A stretch of DNA of 64,000 nucleotides from Desulfobacterales bacterium (GTDB taxonomy: Bacteria > Desulfobacterota > Desulfobacteria > Desulfobacterales > UBA2174): the NCBI GenBank assembly GCA_963668645.2, contig CAXXWC010000021.1, positions 1,312,001-1,376,000 of the forward strand, written 5' to 3'. The notes below the pieces were generated by a model that did no database searches, was not told the origin of the DNA, and saw only the letters and a program-made list of their open reading frames with translations. This document shows positions 25,001 through 37,000 of the stretch, piece by piece (the stretch's first letter is position 1; the number at the start of each line of letters is the position of its first letter). The translations under genes were made by a program, and so were the position numbers.

Positions 25001-28000
25001 GTCGACATGCAGGTATTCAGGCGCCGACAAGGTGACGCTGGCATCGTCGTTGCGCGCGGCGACCAGAGCCCCTTCGGTGAGGCTGATGCCGGTGCCGGCC
25101 TGGACAGTGATGACGGCCCCGACACCGCTCAGCGGATTGCCGTCGGTGTCCGAACGCCCGGCAAAGATCGCCGCACCGCTGTAAATCGAATGAGAGGTTT
25201 CGATCGTCAGCGTGGCGCCGTCGTTCTGGACGCTGATCTCGCTGCCTGCGCCGGCGGTGATGCTGTTGGGCGAAATGCCCTGGAAGACCAGGGCACCCGT
25301 ACCGGTGCTGCCATTGACATGGATATCGAGCAGGTCCTGGCCCCGCAGCCAACCGCTGACCACGAGCTGTTCATCAAGCGTGATGTATGTCTCTTGCCCG
25401 GTAATGCCGGAAGCCGCCGGGCCCATCGGATCGGAGATGCTGGTGCGCTGCACCTCCATCACGTAAGCCTGGATTTGCAGCAGTTCGCTGGAGACCACGT
25501 CGCCAGCCACGGTCACCCGATCGCCCAACAGCAAGAGCGGATCGCGCAGTTGGGCCGTGAAATCGAACAAACCGACCGTGGCGTCGCGCACATCGCCGAT
25601 GATCACCTGCACGGCGTTCTCGTTGCGGTGGCCGAGAGTGATCCAGGTGAACCCGTCGGCCAGGGCCGAAAGATCGCCCATGCCCAACTCCATGAACCCG
25701 GTGGACCCGGCCGTGGAGTAATCTACCCCGAACCGCGATTGGGCGGCGCCGCCGATGCGGTAGCCCTGGGCAAGGGACTGGGTTCGAATGATCAGCTCTC
25801 CGGTTCCGCGAACATGGTCCGCCCCGGAGATGAAATCCACGTCATCGGCGATCAAGCGGATAGCGCCGCCGCTGCCGGTGGCCATCACCCCGCTTTCCAG
25901 CGAGAACAGGGCCTCGGGCGCAGCCAACTCCACGTCGATGTAGCCGCCAGGCGTGTAGAGACCTCCGTTGGTCCGCCCCCCGTCGCGGATCACCAGACTG
26001 TCGGCCTCGCGCACCACGATGTCGGCATAATCACCGGCCCCGGTGTTGACCAGGGTCAGGGTGCCCAGTTCGGTGTTCAACACCCCCTGGACCCCCACGG
26101 CCTGGAGGTTGAAATGTCCACCGGGAGCATTGAGGGTGGCCTCGCTGACATCCAAAAGCCCCGGGGTGGTGAGCTTCAGGCTGGTCGAGCCCCAGCTTTC
26201 ATCGGCCCCGCTCACCAGTCTCAAGGCTGTGGCCGCCGCAGTGTCGTTGATTTCGATGCGATCCAGACCGCCATCAAAGTCAACCCTGCGGTCGCCGTAA
26301 ACCATCCGGTTTTGCAGCAGTTCGATAGGTTGGGAAGAATCGATGTCGTCCAGGATCAAAACGCCGGTGCCGCCGCTGCCGCCGATGAGCTTCAGGTAGC
26401 CGGACAGATCAACGCTGATGGTGTCGTTACCCGCGCCCAGGGTGATCAGGGTGTCGGGCGAATCGGCGACCCGAATCTGGTTGTCTCCTGAGGACAGGGT
26501 AATGGTGTTGGTCCCGGAACCCATGTCGATGACAGCCCCGGCTTCGCCTCCGGTGAACTCGTCGCTGCCCCCGCCGCCTTCATAGTGGATCCCCGGCGTG
26601 GTGCCGCCAAAGAAGGTGTCATTCTCCAGCCCGCCGCGGATAATACTGTCCGGGGAACCGCTGAGGATAATGAAGGTATCCTCCCCGGCCCCGCCGTCGA
26701 AGTCGAGAGTGGCAGTAACGCCGGGTTGGACGACGATGGAATCCTTGCCGTCTCCTCCCCGCGCAACGATCTTCTTGACACCCGAAAATTCGACGGTTTC
26801 ACCCAAGGCGCTGATGATCACCGTATCCTGGATCACCGCACCGGTGCCCGAGTTGTACTTGGGCCGGATCACGTAGGCGGGGTTGACGATCTCATCGTAC
26901 ACGTCCGGCCCGTAGCGACCAGATTCGTTGCCCATGCTGAGATAGACCGTGTCGCCGATTTTGGTGGCGATCTGCGGGGGGCCTACCCAGCTCCAGGATT
27001 TGCTGAATCCGATGCTGATGCCGACGACGGTCACTTCGGCCGACAGGTAGGCCCTTACCGTAGTAAGCTCGATTTCACCACGGAATCCGGCCAAAGTCTT
27101 GTTGATCTCGAACAGGCCGAAATCGAGGCTGATGTCCAGTGATCCGTATACGCTGGCGGCAAAGCCTTCGTTACTGAGGGTCACCGACATGCCAGCCCTC
27201 AGCTTGACGATGTACATGTTCACGCTGATATCCACCGAACCGTGGACGCGGAATTGGCCGTTGGAACGGAAATACCCGTCGATGTGGATATCGATAAAGT
27301 TGAAGAAATTGATCGTCAACTCATTGATGGCGATTTCGAAAACACCATCCGTGTAAGACATGCTCAGATCGCCGATACCGGTAAAAAGCCCGATGCTCAC
27401 CTCGGCGTAAATACGAATCAGGAAGCTGTTGGGCGCCACCCCCAAGCGCTCGACCGAACCGGTGTTGATCTGGAAGTAGAAGTCTCCCTCAATGGTAACC
27501 ATCGGGATATCGAGGGTACCCACTTCCAGGGCCAGATCGATCACCAGCGCCCCGTCGCTGTAAATCCCGGCACCGCCTTTGACCCCGGCCCGGCCGAACC
27601 CGCCCAACTCCATGTAGGCGTTGAAGGTTACCTCGAAACCCTCGCTGCCCAACTTGAGGTAGAAGGCGCCCTTGATGATGAACGAGTCGTTGATGTTCAG
27701 CTCACCGCCGCCTTCGATCAGCAGGGTCGACGCTGCGATGGTCTCCTGTTTGAGCTCGTCGGAGACCCTGCCGGTCTCGGGATCGATCTGCAGACGGTAG
27801 ATGGTGGCCTCGGTGCTGCGGGTATTGATCGCCATCCGGAAGGTGCCGCTGAAACTGAAAAGATCGGTGCCGAAACCGCCGGCCAGATCCATGGCCAGAT
27901 TGCCCACCAATCCTTCGTCGTTGATGTCCAGATACCCGCTGACCGTCACGGTTCCGAGAATGACGATCTCGGCGCTGGCGGAAACGAAGATTTCGACGCC

Positions 28001-31000
28001 CTCTTCGCTGATGCTGAAGTAGAACATCCCCTCCATGACCAGGAGGTCGTCCAGCAGACTCAAACGTCCATCGCCTTCGATGACGATGTAGAAGCCGGCC
28101 TCGCCCTCATCGCCGCCTGGCCCAGGCGGGCCGGCGAAGATCGTCACACTGTCGTAGCCGACCGTCTCCCGATATGTCTCGGGCACTTCGAAGACGATCT
28201 CCTCGCCCGAGGTGTTCATCATGAATTTGAACGCGCACTCGAACCGGAATACGTCACCCAGGCCGATTTCGCCGGAAAGATCCAGCTTGATGGCGAAGTT
28301 GCCGTCCCAGCGGAATACCATCAGACCGAGGGCATCGAAGGTGAAAAGGCGCGCTTCGGGCGGGCCGACGTAGAGATTGGCGTCGGCAAAGACCGTCAAG
28401 GCCTCGCCGGTGACTTCAAGATAAAAAACTCCGGAAAGCCGGAACAGCTCGACCTCGCCCGGCCGGAAAACGAAGTCTCCGTCAAAGCCGATGCGGAAGG
28501 TGTTGGCCGGAATGGTAACCGTGGTGGTTTCACCCGGACCGAGGAGGATAAGGGCATCTTTGTCCTCACCGGTGGAATTGATCTCCAGCTTGGCCTCGGC
28601 CTCCAGGTCGAATCCGATATCGGTCAACAGGGATCCGGTTCTGGCTTCAAGGCTCAAAAGGCCCACGACCCCGCTGTCCCAATCGATTTCGAGGTAGCCG
28701 ATCGCCTGGAAGAAGAAGAGCGGATCATCCTCAATGCCGAGGCGCATCGTGGCGCTGATCTGCAGTTCGAGCTTGTCCATGCTCAGTTCGAACCGGAAAG
28801 CGCCTTCCATCTTGAAGACAGAAGCAATGGTCAGCCGGCCTGCGCCCTGGATCACCACGTAGGGTCCCGCCGACCCCAATGTGCCGTCGAGCTGGGGCGG
28901 GCCGCGCGGCACCATCACATAGGCCCCGTCACCGGTGCTGGTGGTCTCGGCCTCGTAAATGTGCAGGTGTGCGGCGTTGCCGGCGTCGGTCTCCACCACG
29001 TACCTGTTTGTCCCGTCATCGATTTCCCAGCGGCTGTCCTTGAAGATCTGGCGCACCGAAACGTTCGATCTTAATGGTTGGCCGTTGGCAGTGAAAACGG
29101 AACGCAGGGCCGCCGGCACACTGCCGGAAACGGTGCTGCCGTCTTCAGAGGTGCTTTCATTGAGAGCCGCTTTGATGGTGCCGTCACTATCTGTAGTGCT
29201 GAAAAGCAGATCTCCGGTGCCGAACTCCAAACTGTCGATGAACTTCTGGTCCAGATACCCCTTGGCTGGGTCGAGGAACAGGTCGGGGACCCGGAATTCC
29301 TGGGCATTGCCGCTGACAGTGGCGTTAATGTATAAATCGAACTCGGCGTCGAATTCGAGGATCCCCTCCATGCCGGCCTTAAGCGAAAGATTGATGCGGC
29401 CTGCAAATCCCGGGTCTTCGAAGTTGACGATGATCAGCCCCAAGGCATCGAATTCGAGAATCGGCCGGCTTTCGGGTCCCAGGGTCAAATCGGCCTTGGC
29501 GAACATCTCGGCCCGGGAAGTGCTGATCTGCATGTGGAAGACGCCGCTCATACGGAACAGCTCTTCGGAGTCCTCCTCGATGGGCGGGATCTTGAACTTG
29601 AGCGCTCCGGCCAAGGACAGCGCGAAAGTGTAAGGCGACAGAACGAAGGTCTGGGCCTCGCCGTAGAAAATCAGTTGATCGCCGCTCTTGTCGATGAAGT
29701 ACTGGGTCTGGACGTCGCCCTGGTTGACGTAGATCTTCCAGCGTTTGCCCGATTCGACCCCCTGGACACTGAAGGTCGCGGTCTCTGGAATCTGGATCCC
29801 GTTGGCGCTGAAGGCGCTGCGCACCGATTCCGGTAAAACCGTCAGGAAATTCTTGGGGTCGAGATCCTGGGGCAGTTCGTCGCTGATCCCGTTGTCCTCG
29901 ATTGAAAAGAGGACATCCCCCTTGATCCCTTCCAGGAAAATAACCTCGGTCTTCTCCTCGCTGGTGGCGTTGACCTGTAACAAGACTTCGGCGTCAGCCT
30001 CAATGCCGATCTCGCGCAACTTCTCCAGGTTGGTCTCCAGCTTGAGCACGCCCCAGAACTGCAGCTTGTTGGTGCCGAAGATCGACGAGGCGCTGGCATC
30101 GTCATCCGGTGTTTCGCCGATACTCAGGACAAAGCGTCCGGCCGCCGATCCGATATTGCCCAGATAGAACAGTTTCAGGGTGGCGTTGACATCCAGCAGG
30201 AAGCGGGCCTTCTGGATTTCTTGGGTCGCCTGATCGCGGATGATGTCGATGCTCAGCTCGACGCGCCCTTCTAGAGCGATAAGCGGATCGGCCACCCCGT
30301 CGCCGTCGTAATCCGGTGTAAAGCCGCCGGCGTTGAGCTCGACGAAGCCTTCGATAATAAATCGGACGGATTCGGCCTGATCGATTATCCTGAACTTGTG
30401 GCTTCCGCCTTGGTTGGTGTTGCCCTGCAGGTCGGCATAGCTGCCTGCGATGAAGCTCACGTCCACCAGGCCTTCGGCGAAGCTGCCGCTGTAATAATAC
30501 TTGTAGGTATTTTCGCTGCCTTCGACCTTCTCGACGACCCCGGTGAGCACGATCCCGGCCGCCGCATTTTCGATTTCAACGGTGTTGGGATTGTCCACAC
30601 TGTTGAACCGGAATTCGGGATCCGAATCCAGGATGGAAGACTCGTCAAGACCCAGGCCTGTCAGATCGTTGAAAGTAATCAGGATGTAGCCCCGATCGTC
30701 CATCGTGGCCCGGTCGGCCATCCCCTCCTCGCCCGGATCGGTAAGCGTCGCCGTAGGCGCCCGCAGGCTGATGGTTTCCGTCTCGGCGATGTTGGTGTAA
30801 CCCGGATTGCCGTCAGCGTCCTGATCCTGCCAACTGCCGGCGAAAAACTCCACCGTCAGTTCGCCGGGAACGAAGGTGCCGGTAAATTTGTACCGGAAAA
30901 TCCCTCCGCCGAGATCTTGCACGGCATCGGGATCGATCAAGAGGTCGTTGATAATCGTGACATCATTGACCGCGCTTCCGGTCAGGGCAAATTCGGGGAA

Positions 31001-34000
31001 TGCATCGGTGATGGAGCCGGCATCCAAGGCGTTGCCGGTAGTGCTTTTGAACCGGATATCGATGTATTGGGCACCGTTGATGCGGCTCAGGCCATAGATG
31101 CTGCCGTCCAGCAGGTCGACCGCGTCGCCGCTGGAATCGACGACATCGGCAACTGGACCGGTGACCAGGAAAGTCTCTATTTGAGCCAGGTTTGTGTATC
31201 CGGCGGCGTCGAGAATCGTGCCGGGAGCGAATTCTATGGTTACCTCTCCGGGCGTGAACACGATACCGGTGGGCAGGGCATAGCGGAAAACTCCGTTCCC
31301 GAGCGACTCTGCCGGCGGCCCCCGGATCTCGAAGGCTTCGCCGGCCATCGAGATCGTAAAAATCAAGGTATCTGCCGCTGCACCGGTTATGGCCTCCTCT
31401 ACGAGGGTGCTGCCGCTGGTCGAGGCAAAGCGGACCTCGAGGTATCCCATCGCGTTGAGGATTGCCACATCGACCCGGCTCTGGCCCACCGGATCGACCA
31501 GGCTCGCGGTGGTCCCGGTGACGATGAACTTTTCCACCGTTGCCAGGTTGGCACGCCCGGCAGTATCCGACCACGTCCCGGCGGCAAAGGACACGGTCAC
31601 CTCACCCGGTACGAACACGAAGCTGTCGGGCAGTGTGTAACGGTAAACCCCGTTCACCAAGGTTCCCGGACCGGCAACATCCAACGTGCTGCCGTCTGCA
31701 CCGGTCAGGGTAAAAACGATATCGCCGTCAGCAAGAGTCGTTTCGTCCACCGCGCTGCCGGGACTCGGCAGGTAGCGCACCGAGATGTACTTGTTGCCGT
31801 TGATCGTGTTCACATCGATGGTGCCGCCGTTCTCCGGCCCGGCCAGTATAGCGCTCGTGTCTCTCAGGCTGAAGGACGCCGAAGCGGCAATATTGTACTG
31901 CGACGCAGTATCGGCAAAACTGCCCTCGATCACATCCACCGTAACTTCACCGGGGGCGAAAGCACCGGTGAAATGGTAGCGGAAGACACCGTCCGAAATC
32001 TTTTCGACGCTCTGCTCGTCGATGACGACCGTGCCGATTCCGCTGCCGCTCAGGCTGAACTCGGGCGTGGCATCCAGGATGCTGCCATCATCGATGTCAC
32101 TATCACCCGAAGGGCTGAATTCGACCTCGATGTAGCCTAAAGTATTGAGCGTTTCGGGGATGATAACCGCATCTGGACCCGGATAGGAGAGCGTGGCAAG
32201 AGGCCGCTCGAGGAGATCGGTAAAATCATATTCGACTTCGGCACCGTCCCCGCTGTTGAAGATCAATTCCAGCTTGCCGCCCACCGTCAGAAGCTCGATC
32301 TGTTCCGGCGCGTCGAAAAGGAAGAGGATTTTGGCTCGTCCGGACGCCACCTGGGACATGTCGAAATAGAGCTTGGCCGCGATACTCAGGGCGCCATCGC
32401 CGAAGTTGAACTTGCCGACCGCCAAGAATTTGCCGGTCGTGTCGATCTTGATCCCCACCTGGGCGTTGAACACCATGATCGAGGTGTAATTGGTGTAAAT
32501 TTTCGCACTGCCGGTAAAGGTCATCGGTTCGGTGAAGGCCGCCAGGAAGCCGCCGAGGTTCGGATTTGCCTGCACCGCCAGGTATTGGTTGAACACCTGC
32601 AGCTTGACCTGGCTCAGCCAGGTACTGGCATCCACGTCTGAGGCTGAAATGGCGTAGCGCGCATCGCGCAGGTCCTTGGCTTCGTTGGCTTCCGGGATGG
32701 CAGTGAAGAAGTCGACACCCGCGACAAAATCGTTGATCATCAGCTGGGCCGCGGCTACCGGCGGCGGCAAGGCGATGGGGATGCCTACCGGAGAACGCGC
32801 TTCGATCTGCACGCCGAGCGGACCGAGTTCTGATATGGCAAAGCGGATTGTGCAGCCTATGCCCGACAGTTTGAAACCGCCCTGCACCCCGATGAAGAAA
32901 ATTCGATCCTTTACCGGCGTGTCAGCAGGAGCGAGGCTGTCGATCAACTGATTGTCTTCACCGACCTTGAGAATGCCGCCGATCAGGCCTGCATCCAGAT
33001 CACCGCCGAAAACTTTTGCTTTGATGCTGACGCCGATGGAGGCGATATCGATGATGGGGAACTTGCCCTCGAAGAGCATCCCCAAATCGATCTTCACCCC
33101 CTCTATGACGCCGGAAAACTCCGCACCGGGAATTCCGTCGATGGAATCGATGCTGGCCGAAAGGGTCAGGATGAAATCAAGCGGATTTTCGTTGATGTCG
33201 TCCCACTGGATCCCGATTTCCTTGATCTTTATCGGCATCCAACTCGGCCAGCCGACGCTTGCGCCGGTGGCCGATTCCACCCCGAAGAAAACGCCGAATC
33301 CGGCATTGGCCTGGAATTCGCCGTTGCCCAGGAAGGAAAAGTATCGCGCCTCGCCGCTCAGTTTGAGGGAGGCGACCTTCAGTTCGGCGCCAAGTGAGGT
33401 GAAGCTGACCACCGGTTCATCGTCGGCGGCATCGGTGTTCAGGTAAATGTCGACACCCTTGATGGCCAGGAATTGGCCGAATTCGATGCGGAATGTATCC
33501 GCCAGGAACCTGAACCCCTTGATCTGGTTGTTTTCAAATACCAGAGTAGCGCGCAGGGCCTCTGTGTCGGTGGCCTCGTTGACGTCGTCACTGGTGCCGC
33601 TGATGCCGTCACGACCCGGGCTGTAACCGGATACGCGGTCCGAGATGACGGCGTTGATGGGCATGTCCTTAAAAAACTTGGCCCCGCCCGATGCGATGAA
33701 GATCTCGCCGTCGAAATCCAACGCCTCGCCGAAGATGACTTCGAAATTGGAAATCCCCACCCGGATGTCGTCGAACTCGAGGATATTGCCGATTTTTATG
33801 GCCGCATCCTGAGTCGCTCCCGGAGCCGTGTTGGTTCCCTGGCTGACCGTGACCCCGCCAACGCCGGTACCGGGTGCGGTGGTGCACCCATAGCAGATCT
33901 CCGCCGTGCCGAACCTAAAACCGTTCTCATAAACGGTCAGACCCGGGATGGAAGCCTGGGGGCCGGTCCCGTCGGGATCGAAGGGTTCAATCCATCCCGA

Positions 34001-37000
34001 AAGTTTGATCTTCGGGAAAGAAATGGATGCACTGGCGATTGTCACGATGGTCTGGGGCAGAAATTCTCCCGGCTCGTCCGGATCTGGATGATCCTCGGGG
34101 TTGTAAGCCGGATCATAGCCGATCTTCACGCCCTGGGCCGTGGCCACGACCACATCGGGCACGGTGAGAACGAAGGAGCTGATATTCAGTCCCCATTTTC
34201 CGGTCAGATCGACCGAACCGCTGCCCTGGAGGAACCCGAGCACGTCCACTGCCAGATCGAAGGTCCCCAGCAGTCCGGTCAGGCTGGTGCTGATTCCGCT
34301 GGACTGCTGCTGGCTTGATTGCTGCCCGTTTGAAGAACCGAATGCCAGCGAAGCGACGTCGGCGCCGATCCCGATGGTCAGAATCAGCTTCATGTCTTTG
34401 AAGCCGATGGCGGTGACCCCAAGGGTCGGGGACTGAATGCTCAAGGGACCGATGGCCACGGCAGTGTTGGCCGAGCGTGTTCCGGATGTGGCGGCCACCA
34501 CGGTGAAGCTTTCGGTCTCCACATTGTTGACGTTGTTGGCCGAATCCTTCCATGCCCCGGCAGTGAATTGGACCTGGACGGTACCGGCACCGAACAGAGC
34601 GGTGCCGTTGTTGGGCTGCAGATCGGTGATGCGATAGCGGTAGGTGGTGCCGTAGAGCAGTTCAGGAATCCCGCTTACCGCGCCGGAGAGCCCGGCGTCT
34701 TTCACGCCGGTGCCGACCAAGGTAAATTCGGGAGCCGAATCAAAAATGGAGGCGGTGTCGAGGGTGGCACCGTCATAAGTGGCGAAGGTGACATCGATGA
34801 AACCACGGGCGTTGAGCAAGGTCAGATCGACCTGAGCGTTCGAGGTGGGATTGGCAAGATTGGCGGTCGGCTTGGGTCCGTCACGGATAGCAAAACTTTC
34901 GATTTCGCCGATGTTCAGGTTGCCGTTGTTGTCGGCAAAACTGCCTGCCTTGATTTCCACCTCCCAGTCACCGAGGGTGAGTTGGGTGATGGCCGTCACT
35001 GTCAGCGTATAACGGTAAGTGTTGTAGCCCACTTTCTCGGGCGTCCCGCTGACAGGGATGGTCGTCCCTGAAGGACCGGTGAGAACGATTTCCGGCAGGG
35101 CGTCAGTGATGGTGGCCGCATTGATGCCGACGCCGGCCGTATCGTTGAAGGTCACGTCAATGTACTTCTTTGCGTACAGATCGGTCTGATTGACGGCCCC
35201 GCCGTCCAATGGGAAAACCAGATCGGCGGTGGGCAGGCTGGCCACCGGCGTGGCCGGATCGAGCCCGGCATCGACGCCAAAGATGGAAAATCCGTCCACC
35301 GACAGGCTTTGCAGTTGGAATCCGTCCGGATTGCCGATGCTGAATTTGGCATGGCCGCTCACCCCCACCACTTCGGTGCCAGCGATGGTGACGACCAGAC
35401 TGGCGTTGGGGATATCGACCTGGACCCTGCCCGTGGCCAACTTGCGGAAGCTCACCGTGCCGCTGAGATTGAAAACATCAACCACTTCCAGGGTCAGATC
35501 GCCTTTGACCGCGAGGACTTCTGCAGGAGTCGCGAAAGTGACCGCCACCTGGATGGTTTCGGGATTGGATTCGCTGACCGGCTGCTCGTCATCAAAGTTG
35601 GGATTGGGCACATCGAAAGTCTCGTTGACCACCTGCCCGGACTGGTTGATCTCGACGGCGGCGTTGCCTTCCACATCCAAACCGTCCAAGCCGACAAGAG
35701 CGACCCCACCGGTCCCTTCCAGTGCGTAGGACGTTCCGCTGGATGTCTTGAAGAACACCAGTCCGAGTTTGTCGATGGTGGCCATAACGCCGATGGCGTC
35801 CTCAGTCCCTTTGCCAACCCCCACGAAGGCTTCGGCGCTGGCGATCCCTACCAGGATCTTGGTGGTGGTCCCCTCTGTGTGCTTGGAGAAGGAAAAACCA
35901 CCCGAAAGGGTCACCGCTCCGGCCACGTCGAGATCCAGGGTCCCGGCCACTACCGGATCGGCAACACCGGTTTTGAACAGGATATGTACGTCTTCGGTGC
36001 CGCCATCCGGCAGCGGTACGGTGACGTACTCGTCCACCGGCCCATTGGTCTTGTTGACCCGTATCCGCAACGTCCCGCTCAAGGAGAGATCTTCTATGCC
36101 GATGAGCGTAGCGCCGCCGCTGGTATCAATGGCAAAGGAAGAACTCGCCGGGGTATTGGCTGTGGCCGCCTTCTTGATCAGGACCATGCCGACCGTAACG
36201 TCTTCGATGAGCACACCCATGGCGTCCGGATTGATCATGGTGTCGTCCGGATCCTGGGTACTCTCATCCGCGATCTTTGCCGGTCCCACCCCAAAGAAGG
36301 TCTCGACGCCGGCAGCCCCGATCATTATTTTGGTGACCGTTCCGTCTGCCGATGTCGACTTGGAAAAGGCGAAACCACCCTTTAACGAGATGAACTCTTC
36401 CCCCGTATTGCTGTCGAGGATGGCGAAAACCACCGTCCCGGCCAGGGCAAGATCGACATCTTGCTTGAATTTGATCTCCACCGGAATCGTGGACCCGGAA
36501 TTTTGCGGATCCGGGATGTTAAGGACTTCGTTGACCACATACCCGCCACCAAGATCCTGGGTGTACCCGGTGTTGTTCTTGCGCAGCTCGATCGTACCGC
36601 TCAATGAAAGTCCGTCAATCCCCAGCAGGGTGGCACCGCCGGAGGCCGCCAGGGCCATCTTTGATCCGGTGCCAACCGGAGTCGGCGCGCTCGGGTTGGT
36701 GACATCCACTTCCCGGAAAAAGGCAAGTCCGAAATTGACATCATCGACCAGAACACCGGTATCTTCATTGTCGTAAGGCGCTTCACCCGCCCCGAGGAAA
36801 ATCTGGACACCGGCCGCGCCGAGCAGCAGCTTGCTGACCTTGATGGTTCTGCCGTTGCGTGTTTCAGTGTTGACACTGCGCTCGATGGCAAAACCGCCGG
36901 CGACCTCGAAATCCTCAATGCCAACGGTAAGGGCTCCCGAAGCCTGCAGTAAAGAGCCCCTCGTGCCGTCGAAATTCAATGCCAGGCTGTTGTCGTCTCC

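Noticed and set aside
27000..27500. C-terminal autotransporter beta-barrel
   Set aside because: Amphipathic strands are present, but the frame continues for about 9,000 more residues with no stop or terminal aromatic barrel signature.
33884..33898. Possible c-type heme-binding CxxCH motif
   Set aside because: The sequence is CYGCT, with no His after the second Cys.
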